Shown here: in pieces, positions 21,294-30,952 of the stretch
Layout of the letters: each line of letters starts with the position of its first letter
Numbering within the stretch: the stretch's first letter is position 1
Source of the DNA: Nostoc sp. DedSLP01
Lineage (GTDB): Bacteria; Cyanobacteriota; Cyanobacteriia; Cyanobacteriales; Nostocaceae
Length of the DNA stretch: 64,000 nucleotides
Assembly: GCA_034530875.2 (NCBI GenBank)
Contig: JAVRCJ020000001.1
Span: forward strand, 224,001 to 288,000
Direction of reading: 5' to 3'
The notes under the pieces: model-generated
The model's input: the letters and a program-made list of their open reading frames with translations, nothing else
Databases searched by the model: none
What the model was told of the DNA's origin: nothing
Made by a program: the position numbers and the translations under genes

Positions 21294-24200
21294 ATGATTA
21301 ATAATTTTGCAGGTACAGATGTTGCTAGTATCTCAATTTCTGAAGTTTTTATGGCTTTGGTAACAGGAAATATACTAGATGAACCGTATGAACCATCAAG
21401 GATTGGAAAAATTTCCTGGCTCACAACGACACAAAGAGATTTATATCTGGATAATATGCTTCATCCAGATAATACTGTTTTCAGTTTAGGATTATCGATA
21501 AAGCTGCCACAAAATTTAGATACATATACTTGGGAACAGGCGATAAGAATAGTATGTCAAGAAGATGACACAATTAAGACTAAGTTTATTTTTTATCAAG
21601 GTGAAGCTTTTCAATTTGTAGATAACAATGCTGATATTCATTTTGAATTTATAGAAATAGGTACTAGAAATGCTGATTTTAATAGTTTAGAACAGGTTGT
21701 AAAAGAAAAAATTAAAGTCAAGCTAGAACTTGACAAAAACTATTTATTTAAAAATGTTTTAGTCAAAGATGGACAGGGTGGTTATACTGCTATTTTAGGT
21801 GCGCCTCATATTCTTTTTGATGGATATTCTGGCAAGGTTTTCTTTGAAAGAGTTGCAAAAGTCTATTTAGATTTAAAAGCAGGCAATATTACTCGAAAAT
21901 TTAAATATAGTTCTTTTTATGATTCTATTCAGGAGCATTTGCTTGAATTTGATACTCAAGAAATTCAGCAGTACTGGCAGGAATCTTTAAGTAAGGTTAT
22001 TCCTGTCACGTCTTATATAAAATCCAAAGAAGAAAACAAAGCTCAATCTAGAAAAGTACAAATTACAGGGAATGACCTAGAACATATTAGAAAATATTGC
22101 CAAATAAATAAATGTAATATTCCAGCTTTTTTTAGGGCTGTGTATGGTATTTACTTGAGCAAGTATTTACAAGCGTCAGGAGATTTTGTCTTTTATGATA
22201 TTATCGGTAAAAGAAATAAGCAAACACTTAATGTTTTAGGTTGTCTATATCAAGTAGTTCCGATTATTATTCCTCAAGATAGCCTAGAAAAAAATAACAA
22301 TATTGGTAATTACCTTTCATATATAACTGATTATCGCAAAAATTTAAATCATTATCAAAACATTTCTGTTTTTTTACAGAAAAAATTTATAAAAGATGAA
22401 CAATTAAAATTTTTCTATAATTTCTATAAGTTCAGCGTGCTTAATCTGCCTGTTGCCGAAGAAAATACCAGATTAACTGTTTATAATTCTTTTGCAGATA
22501 ATGAAGTTCATCTTATAATTAATGAGTTTAAAGATAGTCTAGAAATAGAATTTTTTTATAACGAAGCTTATTTCGTATATATAAAAACTTTAGAAAGATT
22601 GCTATTTATAGCTAATCAAATTATTCAAGGTTGTGAATATTTTGAGCAATTGAAGATATTACCAGAAAACGAACATCAAGAACTATTAGAAAGCTGGAAT
22701 GATACCAGTAAGAATTATGCATTAGATAAATGCGTTCATCAGCTCTTTGAAGCGCAGGTAGAGCGATCGCCAAACACCGTAGCTGTAGTATTTAAAGAGG
22801 CAGAAAATAACCGCGAACAATCTTCACTCACTTACCAACAGCTAAATCAGCGAGCGAATCAGTTAGCACATTATCTGCATTCGCTAGGCGTGAAGCCAGA
22901 TATGCCTGTGGGAATCTGTGTCGAGAGAAGTCTAGAAACGGCGATCGCAGTTTTGGCGGTTCTCAAAGCTGGTGGTGCTTACGTACCATTAGATCCAGCG
23001 TATCCTAAGGATCGTTTAGCTTTCACGATCGAGGATACGCAAATATCTGTATTGCTCACTCAGCAGCAATTACTACCAGAGCTTCCCAAACATCAGGCAC
23101 AAGTTATTTGTTTAGATACCGACTGGGATAAGATAGGCCAATACAGTCAGGAAAATCCCTCTACAGAAGTCACAGCAGAGAATTTAGCCTATATCATCTA
23201 CACCTCTGGTTCAACAGGCAGACCAAAAGGCATCTGTTTAGGCCATCGTCCTTTAGTGAATTTACTCGAATGGCATCTAAATTCACTATTAACAGGTGTC
23301 CGTACCTTGCAATTTGCCTCCTTAAGCTTTGATGCCAGCTTTCATGAAATGTTTGCTGCTTGGTGTTCGGGAGGAACTTTATTTCTCATCTCAGAAAACT
23401 TGCGTCGGGACACCACAGCTTTAGCTTACTTCATTCACAACCAAGAAATTGAAAAAGCGATTTTGCCTGTTGTCATCCTACAGCAAATGGCAGAACTAGC
23501 CACATCTGGGTTGAAATTATTTACCAGCCTCAAAGAAGTTACCACCACAGGCGAACAACTGCAAATCACTCCTGCCATTGTCAAATTATTCAAATCCCTG
23601 CCACACTGCTCATTTCACAATCACTACGGCCCATCAGAAACCCATGTAGTAACGGCTTTAACATTAGATCCAAATCCTGATTCCTGGCCTGCTTATCCCT
23701 CCATAGGTCGTCCAATAGCTAACACTCAAATCTACATACTTGATACCGAGTTAAAACCAGTTCCTATCGGTGTTCCGGGAGAACTATATATTGGTGGCGT
23801 TAGTTTAGCTAGGGGTTATCTCAATCGGCCAGATTTAACTAACGAACGCTTTATTGCCAATCCCTTCCAAAGAGGCAGAGGGGCAGAGGAGCAGAGGAGG
23901 CAGTGCGGTCTTGGGGGTTTCCCCCATGAGCAACTGCCGTCGAGCAGAGGGGATGGAGAAAGCTGCGATCGCTTGTATAAAACAGGCGACTTAGTTTGTT
24001 ACTTACCAGATGGGAACATTGAATATCTCGGTCGGATAGACCAACAGGTGAAGATTCGCGGCTTCCGCATTGAGTTAGGGGAAATCGAGACAATACTCTT
24101 GCAACATCCTGACGTGCGCAAAGCCGCAGTCATAGCGCGTGAGGATGTAGCTGGAGAAAAGCGCCTAGTTGGTTATATTGTTTCTAACCTAATTCCAGAA

Positions 24201-27200
24201 CGAGTACCTTATCAAAGTCTTTGTCGAGTCGAGACTGATGATAATCGGATAGTGGAAGTACAAACAGAAGATATCTCCAATGGTGGCGTGTGCTTAGTAG
24301 AAGTGCCATTTAGTTGGGCAAAAGGTAAACGAGTCCGTCTTTGTCTGAGGTTGCCAGTAATATCAGAAGAACTTTGGATAGACGGTTGTATTGCTTGGTG
24401 TCAGGGTAAGCGGGCTGGTGTTGAGTTGACTCTAACACCTAGTGAAAAAGTCCTCTTTAACCAAAGCATAGAGTATATCTTAGAAACTCAACATTTATGG
24501 AAAACCTTGCAGCGGACAATAAGTGGCAATCTTCGGAGATTTCTCCAACAGAAGTTACCAGACTATATGCTGCCTTCCAGTTTTGTGATGTTAAATGTAT
24601 TGCCGCTAACACCGAATGGCAAAGTAGATCGTCGTTCCCTACCAGTACCCGATCGCAACCGATGGAATCAAGAGCAAGATTTTGTTTCACCCCGTACTGC
24701 CGTTGAGGAAGTACTAACAAAAATTTGGCTGAAAGTTTTGAAGTTACAGCAGATTAGCATCCACGATAACTTTTTTGAGGTTGGGGGACACTCACTGTTA
24801 GCGACACAGGTAATTTCTCGGATTCGAGATACCTATCAGTTGGATATACCATTACGGCGTTTATTCGATGCACCTACTGTTGCTAGCTTGGCTGAAAGTA
24901 TCGAGGTGCAACTCAACCAAAATCAAGAATGGCATACTTGGGCGATCGCACCTGCAGGGCGCAACCAAAACTTGCCCCTTTCCTTTGCCCAGCAGCGATT
25001 GTGGTTCCTCGAACAGTTGTTGCCTGACAGTCCCTTTTACAATTTCCCCCAAACTTTTCACCTGTTTGGTCAGGTAAATGTGAAAGCTTTAGAGCAAAGC
25101 CTCAACGAAATTGTGCGACGGCACGAAGTTTTACGCACCACTTTTGCTTCATTAGATGGGCAGCCCGTACAAATTATTATTCCGGCTCTAAGTGTACTTA
25201 TACATCTGGTAGATTTGCGTTCTTTATCTGAATCAGAAAAAGATACAGAAATTCAACGATTACGGATTGAAGAGTTCCAACAACCTTTTAATATCAACCG
25301 CGGCCCATTATTGCGAGCAGCCCTAATACAGATAGATGCAGAAGAATCTTTACTGCTTTTGAGCATTCACCACATTGTTTTTGATGGTTGGTCTGTGAGC
25401 GTATTGTTTCAAGAACTGACATTGCTGTATCAAGCTTTTGCTAATGGTTTACCTTCTCCTTTGTCTGAATTGCCCATTCAGTATGCAGACTTTGCTGTTT
25501 GGCAGAGACAATGGTTGCAAGGAAAAGTCATATCAGAGCAACTGAGTTATTGGAAGCAACAGCTAGCAGATTTACCCATTTTACAGTTGCCAAGCAATCG
25601 CCCCCGTCCAGCCATCCAAACTTATCGCGGAGCGCGTCAACCTCTAGCATTCTCCAAATCTCTTAGCGAGGCAGTAACTCGGTTCAGCCAACAAGAGGGA
25701 TGTACCTTGTTTATGACCCTCTTAGCAGCATTTCAAACGCTGTTATACCGCTATACGAGTAGTGAAGACATCATAGTAGGCTCGTTAATTGCCAATCGCC
25801 ATCATCAGGAAATCGAGAGTTTAATCGGATTCTTTGTTAACACTTTAGTACTACGCAGTGATTTTTCTGATTCTCCAACGTTCCGCCAGCTGCTCAAGCA
25901 AGTACGAGAAGTTACTTTAGAAGCTTACGCTCATCAAGACGTACCCTTTGAAAAACTGGTGGAGGAACTAGAACCAGAGCGTGATTTGAGCCGCCATCCT
26001 TTATTCCAAATCTGCTTTGCACTGCAAAATGTACCCATACAAGCTTTGGAACTTTCCGGTTTAACAATCAACCATCGCTTAGAACACAATGGTACAGCCA
26101 AGTTCGATTTATTCCTAGAATTATTTGAAACGCCAGATGGAATTAGTGGTTGGTTTGAGTACAGCACTGACTTATTTGATGCTGCTAGTGTCTCTCGGTT
26201 AGGAGAAAATTTCCAGACTTTAGTTGCGGGGATTGTCGCTAATCCAGACCAGAGAGTGGCAGATTTACCGCTTTTAACATCTGGTGAACGCCAACAATTA
26301 TTAGTGGAATGGAATCAAACTCAAGCACACTACCCGCAACAAACTTGCATTCATCAACTATTTGAAGCCCAAGTTAAGCGCGTACCTGACTCCATAGCAG
26401 CGATATTTGCAGACCAACAAATAACCTACCGTGAATTGAATGCTAGAGCCAATCAGTTAGCCCGTCATTTACAAGCTTTAGGTGTAGGGCCAGATGTATT
26501 AGTAGGGATTTGTCTAGAACGTTCTTTAGACGCGATGATAGCTTTACTAGGGATTCTCAAAGCTGGTGGGGCTTATATACCTCTAGATCCAGCCTATCCC
26601 CAGCAGCGTTTATCTTTGATGGTGTCAGATTCGCAGCTATCAGTACTCCTAACCCAGCAGCATTTGTTGGCACAACTTCCTCAACATCAAGCGCATATTG
26701 TCTGTTTGGATAAAGACTGGCAGGATATTGCTACACAAAACCAAGACAACCTAGATACTAATGTTAATCCTGACAACTTAGCTTATGTAATCTACACCTC
26801 CGGTTCCACAGGCAAACCGAAAGGCGTACAAATTATGCACGACTCTGTAGTTAATTTCCTGCACTTCATGGGTCAACATTTGGAACTGACAGAGCAAGAC
26901 ACACTGCTTTCCGTTACTACCTTATCGTTTGATATTGCCGTACTCGAAATTTTCTTACCCATTACTCTCGGTGCGCGTGTTGTCACGGTCAGTCGCGAAG
27001 AGGCTATGGATGGCAAAGCGTTAATTGCAAAATTAACCAATGGCATTACCGTTATGCAAGCTACTCCAGCCACTTGGCAACTGCTTCTAGAGGCAGGTTG
27101 GCAAGGTAGTAAAGATTTGAAAATCTTCTGTGGTGGGGAAGCTTTGCCGAGAAAATTAGCTAAACAATTGCAACAGCGATGCGCTACTTTATGGAACGTT

Positions 27201-30200
27201 TATGGCCCGACTGAAACAACCATTTGGTCAGCAACATATAAAGTTGCATCTGAAGACGGACAAGTTCTAATTGGTCGCCCTATGGCCAATACTCAGTTCT
27301 ACATACTTGACTCTCAGTTACAACCTGTACCTGTAGGTGTGCCAGGAGAACTTTACATTGGTGGTGCTGGTTTAGCACGCGGTTATCTCAATCGCCCCGA
27401 TTTGACGGAAGCTCGGTTTATTCCTAATCCGTTTAATAACTCAAAAGCAAGCGATCGCCTTTATAAAACTGGAGATTTAGTTCGTTATCTTCCTGATGGC
27501 AATGTCGAGTATCTTAGCCGTATCGACCACCAAGTGAAGATTCGTGGCTTCCGAATTGAGCTAGGCGAGATTGAAGCCGTTTTGACGCAACATCCCTCAG
27601 TCCAGAAAGGTGTAGTCATAGATCGGGAAGATATACCCGGACAAAAGCGTTTAGTAGCATATTTAGTGCAGAATCAACAAGATGAGAATGTCCCATTATT
27701 AGCAAATTGGCAAACCGAACACCTTTCCCAGTGGCAAACAATCTACGATCAAACCTACAAGCAAACTACTGAGGAACAGAACCGCGTATTTAATACTATT
27801 GGCTGGAACAGTAGTTATACAGGTATGCCTATTCCTGCCGAAGAAATGCGCGAGTGGGTAGATTGCACTGTTGAACGCATTCTTTCTCTGCAACCCAGCC
27901 AAGTACTAGAAATTGGTTGCGGTACAGGTTTGTTGTTATGCAAAATTATTTCCCATTGCAGTAAGTATTGGGGGACTGATTTCGCACCGGAAGCATTGCG
28001 ACAAATCCAACAGTTGCAAATGTCCGGTCAAGATTGGCCGCAACTGACTTTGTTGCAAAGACCTGCGGACAATTTTGAGGGTATTGAGACAGATGCCTTC
28101 AATACAGTAATTATCAATTCAGTAGTTCAGTATTTTCCTAGCATTGACTATCTGCTGCAAGTTTTGACAGGAGCAGTCAATGCTGTGCAGCCTGGTGGTT
28201 TTATATTTATCGGAGATGTACGCAGTCTACCTTTACTAGAGGCTTACCACACTTCTGTAGCCCTGTATCAAGCATCATCTACACTTTCCACGATACAGTT
28301 ACAAGAGCGCATTCGCCAACGCCTCAACCAAGAGGAAGAACTGGTAATTGACCCAGACTTTTTTAGAGCATTAGGACAGCACTTGCCTAAGATAGGCCGC
28401 GTTCAAATTCAAGTCAAACGAGGTCAGCATCATAACGAACTGACAAAGTTTCGCTACGATGCGATTTTACATATAGGAACTGATACTGATAGCACTGTCG
28501 GAATTACTTGGTTGGATTGGCAACAACAACAGCTAACTTTGTCATCTGTTCGTCACCTGTTATTAGCAACTGAGCCAGAGATTTTAGGAATCAAAAATGT
28601 ACCCAATGCCAGAGTAATTCAGGAAATCAAGACTATAGAATTGCTCAACAGTCCAGAAGGGCTGAACACAGTAGGCGAAGTGCGATCGCATTTAGAACAA
28701 CTTCCCCAGATTGGCATCGATCCGGAAGAATTGTGGAATTTAAGCCAAGATTTACCCTATTTGCTCGATATTACTTGGTCAGAATCGAGTGTGGTTGACT
28801 GTTACGACGTAGTTTTCAGACATAACCAAAAAGAAGGGGTGACAAATGTGATCGCTAATCGAGATACAGTTGCTCTTAAACCTTGGAATTACTATGCCAA
28901 TCAACCTCTACAGGGCAAATTTACCCGCAAACTGGCAGTAGAACTCCGCCGCTTTCTGGAACAAAAGCTACCAGAATATATGATACCTACAGCTTTTGTC
29001 AGCTTAGAGAAATTGCCATTAACACCTAATGGTAAGTTAGATCGGCGATCGCTACCTGCACCAGATCAGTCCAGAAGCAGTCTGGAAGCAGCATTAGTTA
29101 CACCTCGTACTCCTACTGAGTCAAAAATGGTTGCTATTTGGGCTAAAGTATTGGGTAGCGATCGTGTGGGAATTCAAGATAACTTCTTTGAACTAGGTGG
29201 TAATTCCCTATTAGCAACCCAGTTAATGATGTATCTACGAGAAACTTTTCAAGTAGAACTGCCTGTAAGATATATTTTTGAGCAGCAAACTATAGAAGGA
29301 CTCAGCCAAATCATTGACAAACTGCATCAAAAAGGCACTGCTGTTCTGGATACTGTTGTTAATCTAAAAGCTGAAGCAGTACTAGATCCAAACATTTATC
29401 CTCAAGGAATCCTTGCCCAGGATATCACCCAGCCAAATCATATTTTCTTAACAGGAGCAACAGGCTTTTTAGGTGCTTTCTTAATCCATGAATTACTAGA
29501 GCAAACTCAGGCAAAAATATATTGTCTCGTGCGTGCTAAGAACGAAACTGAAGGGTTGAAAAGGCTACAAAAAACCCTAGAAAAATATTTAATTTGGGAT
29601 GCAAGCCAAAGTTCTAGAATCATCCCCATACCAGGAGATTTAGCTTTACCTCGTTTTGGAGTTTCTGTAGAGCAATTTGAGAAGTTAGTACAGCAAATTG
29701 ATGTTATTTATCATAGCGGCGCTCAAGTCAACTTTGCTAAACCATATTCTGTAATTAAGGCAGCAAATGTTCTTGGTACACAAGAAGTTCTCAGATTAGC
29801 GTGTCAGCATCAACTCAAGCCAGTACACTACATCTCAACAATGGCTGTTTTTGGCGCAATGGCCAGTATAAATGGGTTGAATGTCCTTTATGAGGATGAC
29901 GGCATTGATCAGAGTGAACCTTATCTTTCTCAAGAGATTGGCTATACACAAAGTAAATGGGTAGCTGAAAAACTTGTTTGGATTGCTAAATCTAGAGGAA
30001 TCCCTGTAACAGTTATTAGATCGGGATTTTTAATGGGTCATCCTCAGACTGGTGTCACTAATACAGATGACTTCATATCTAGATTGATTGTAGGTTGTAT
30101 ACAAGTAGGTAGTTTTCCAGAACTAATCAATCAAAAACAAGATTTAATTACTGTAGATTATGCCAGTAAAGCCATTGTTCAAATATCTCAGAAAAAAGAA

Positions 30201-30569
30201 TCTTTAGGAAAGGCGTTTCATATAGTGCCTTTAGCATCGGAAAACATTGATTTAATTAAATTATTTGAGTTGATATCAGCTTGTGGATACCAACTTCAGA
30301 AAGTACCATATTCCCAATGGACAGATAATTTAATTAATCAAGCTCAGTATTCCCAGTCAAATCCCTTATTCGCTCTTTTACCTATGTTCACTGAAAAAGT
30401 GAATCCAGAACAGGCTGCATGGGAGCTATATCAAAACACTGCTAATTTAGACTGTCGCAATACCATAAATGCAATTGCCAATACATCAATTAAATGTCCA
30501 TCAATGGATGCGGAATTAATCGGTAAATATTTAGATTATTTTCAACGCAGCGGATTTTTGAGTATGTAA
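21294..30569 (+). CDS. Two-module NRPS: C(starter)-A[PilZ-like insert]-T-C-A[N-methyltransferase]-T-thioester reductase
   Basis: PHILFDG and HHIVFDGWS (C); YTSGSTGRPKG and YTSGSTGKPKG (A); GGHSL and GGNSL (T); VLEIGCGTG and NSVVQYFP (NMT); LTGATGFLG and YTQSK (R). Confidence 0.95.
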   Translation: MINNFAGTDVASISISEVFMALVTGNILDEPYEPSRIGKISWLTTTQRDLYLDNMLHPDNTVFSLGLSIKLPQNLDTYTWEQAIRIVCQEDDTIKTKFIFYQGEAFQFVDNNADIHFEFIEIGTRNADFNSLEQVVKEKIKVKLELDKNYLFKNVLVKDGQGGYTAILGAPHILFDGYSGKVFFERVAKVYLDLKAGNITRKFKYSSFYDSIQEHLLEFDTQEIQQYWQESLSKVIPVTSYIKSKEENKAQSRKVQITGNDLEHIRKYCQINKCNIPAFFRAVYGIYLSKYLQASGDFVFYDIIGKRNKQTLNVLGCLYQVVPIIIPQDSLEKNNNIGNYLSYITDYRKNLNHYQNISVFLQKKFIKDEQLKFFYNFYKFSVLNLPVAEENTRLTVYNSFADNEVHLIINEFKDSLEIEFFYNEAYFVYIKTLERLLFIANQIIQGCEYFEQLKILPENEHQELLESWNDTSKNYALDKCVHQLFEAQVERSPNTVAVVFKEAENNREQSSLTYQQLNQRANQLAHYLHSLGVKPDMPVGICVERSLETAIAVLAVLKAGGAYVPLDPAYPKDRLAFTIEDTQISVLLTQQQLLPELPKHQAQVICLDTDWDKIGQYSQENPSTEVTAENLAYIIYTSGSTGRPKGICLGHRPLVNLLEWHLNSLLTGVRTLQFASLSFDASFHEMFAAWCSGGTLFLISENLRRDTTALAYFIHNQEIEKAILPVVILQQMAELATSGLKLFTSLKEVTTTGEQLQITPAIVKLFKSLPHCSFHNHYGPSETHVVTALTLDPNPDSWPAYPSIGRPIANTQIYILDTELKPVPIGVPGELYIGGVSLARGYLNRPDLTNERFIANPFQRGRGAEEQRRQCGLGGFPHEQLPSSRGDGESCDRLYKTGDLVCYLPDGNIEYLGRIDQQVKIRGFRIELGEIETILLQHPDVRKAAVIAREDVAGEKRLVGYIVSNLIPERVPYQSLCRVETDDNRIVEVQTEDISNGGVCLVEVPFSWAKGKRVRLCLRLPVISEELWIDGCIAWCQGKRAGVELTLTPSEKVLFNQSIEYILETQHLWKTLQRTISGNLRRFLQQKLPDYMLPSSFVMLNVLPLTPNGKVDRRSLPVPDRNRWNQEQDFVSPRTAVEEVLTKIWLKVLKLQQISIHDNFFEVGGHSLLATQVISRIRDTYQLDIPLRRLFDAPTVASLAESIEVQLNQNQEWHTWAIAPAGRNQNLPLSFAQQRLWFLEQLLPDSPFYNFPQTFHLFGQVNVKALEQSLNEIVRRHEVLRTTFASLDGQPVQIIIPALSVLIHLVDLRSLSESEKDTEIQRLRIEEFQQPFNINRGPLLRAALIQIDAEESLLLLSIHHIVFDGWSVSVLFQELTLLYQAFANGLPSPLSELPIQYADFAVWQRQWLQGKVISEQLSYWKQQLADLPILQLPSNRPRPAIQTYRGARQPLAFSKSLSEAVTRFSQQEGCTLFMTLLAAFQTLLYRYTSSEDIIVGSLIANRHHQEIESLIGFFVNTLVLRSDFSDSPTFRQLLKQVREVTLEAYAHQDVPFEKLVEELEPERDLSRHPLFQICFALQNVPIQALELSGLTINHRLEHNGTAKFDLFLELFETPDGISGWFEYSTDLFDAASVSRLGENFQTLVAGIVANPDQRVADLPLLTSGERQQLLVEWNQTQAHYPQQTCIHQLFEAQVKRVPDSIAAIFADQQITYRELNARANQLARHLQALGVGPDVLVGICLERSLDAMIALLGILKAGGAYIPLDPAYPQQRLSLMVSDSQLSVLLTQQHLLAQLPQHQAHIVCLDKDWQDIATQNQDNLDTNVNPDNLAYVIYTSGSTGKPKGVQIMHDSVVNFLHFMGQHLELTEQDTLLSVTTLSFDIAVLEIFLPITLGARVVTVSREEAMDGKALIAKLTNGITVMQATPATWQLLLEAGWQGSKDLKIFCGGEALPRKLAKQLQQRCATLWNVYGPTETTIWSATYKVASEDGQVLIGRPMANTQFYILDSQLQPVPVGVPGELYIGGAGLARGYLNRPDLTEARFIPNPFNNSKASDRLYKTGDLVRYLPDGNVEYLSRIDHQVKIRGFRIELGEIEAVLTQHPSVQKGVVIDREDIPGQKRLVAYLVQNQQDENVPLLANWQTEHLSQWQTIYDQTYKQTTEEQNRVFNTIGWNSSYTGMPIPAEEMREWVDCTVERILSLQPSQVLEIGCGTGLLLCKIISHCSKYWGTDFAPEALRQIQQLQMSGQDWPQLTLLQRPADNFEGIETDAFNTVIINSVVQYFPSIDYLLQVLTGAVNAVQPGGFIFIGDVRSLPLLEAYHTSVALYQASSTLSTIQLQERIRQRLNQEEELVIDPDFFRALGQHLPKIGRVQIQVKRGQHHNELTKFRYDAILHIGTDTDSTVGITWLDWQQQQLTLSSVRHLLLATEPEILGIKNVPNARVIQEIKTIELLNSPEGLNTVGEVRSHLEQLPQIGIDPEELWNLSQDLPYLLDITWSESSVVDCYDVVFRHNQKEGVTNVIANRDTVALKPWNYYANQPLQGKFTRKLAVELRRFLEQKLPEYMIPTAFVSLEKLPLTPNGKLDRRSLPAPDQSRSSLEAALVTPRTPTESKMVAIWAKVLGSDRVGIQDNFFELGGNSLLATQLMMYLRETFQVELPVRYIFEQQTIEGLSQIIDKLHQKGTAVLDTVVNLKAEAVLDPNIYPQGILAQDITQPNHIFLTGATGFLGAFLIHELLEQTQAKIYCLVRAKNETEGLKRLQKTLEKYLIWDASQSSRIIPIPGDLALPRFGVSVEQFEKLVQQIDVIYHSGAQVNFAKPYSVIKAANVLGTQEVLRLACQHQLKPVHYISTMAVFGAMASINGLNVLYEDDGIDQSEPYLSQEIGYTQSKWVAEKLVWIAKSRGIPVTVIRSGFLMGHPQTGVTNTDDFISRLIVGCIQVGSFPELINQKQDLITVDYASKAIVQISQKKESLGKAFHIVPLASENIDLIKLFELISACGYQLQKVPYSQWTDNLINQAQYSQSNPLFALLPMFTEKVNPEQAAWELYQNTANLDCRNTINAIANTSIKCPSMDAELIGKYLDYFQRSGFLSM
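23872..23960. repeat. Small dispersed palindromic repeat inserted in frame in the NRPS A1 domain
   Basis: GGCAGT...TGGGGGTTTCCCCCA...ACTGCC hairpin (23899-23938) flanked by GAGCAGAGG direct repeats; adds extra residues between NPF and RLYKTG compared with A2. Confidence 0.75.
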
Positions 30570-30795
30570 TAGACTTCTTGCAGAAGTCGGGAAAAGGGGG
30601 AAAGGTTTGGTATTTTCCCTTCCCCTACAAAAGTGCTTTTTGCACTTTTGAAATAGATCTAATATGCATAAGCTGTCACACATTTAAATTGCACATTTTA
30701 TCGTGTTTGTTGTTAACTATTGACGGTTGACAGTTAATCGTCATCGGTCAATAAACTTAGGAAGTGACTGTACAATTTAAGAGCCGAATAGCTTA
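30570..30795. repeat. Two adjacent degenerate MITE-like elements
   Basis: Imperfect inverted ends TAGACTTCTTGCAGAAG/CTTTTGAAATAGATCTA (30570-30661) and TAAGCTG...TTAAATTGCACA/TGTACAATTTAA...TAGCTTA (30669-30795). Confidence 0.5.
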
Positions 30796-30952
30796 GTAGA
30801 TACGGTTAATATCTACTCATGAATACCTAATTTAATAATAATTAATTTTCGGTATTTTTGAGTAGCTTAACTTATCAATAAAATCTGATTAATTTAAGTG
30901 TTTTTATCAATTACTGTAAACATTAAAACAGCTAAATTTAAATTATACATAG

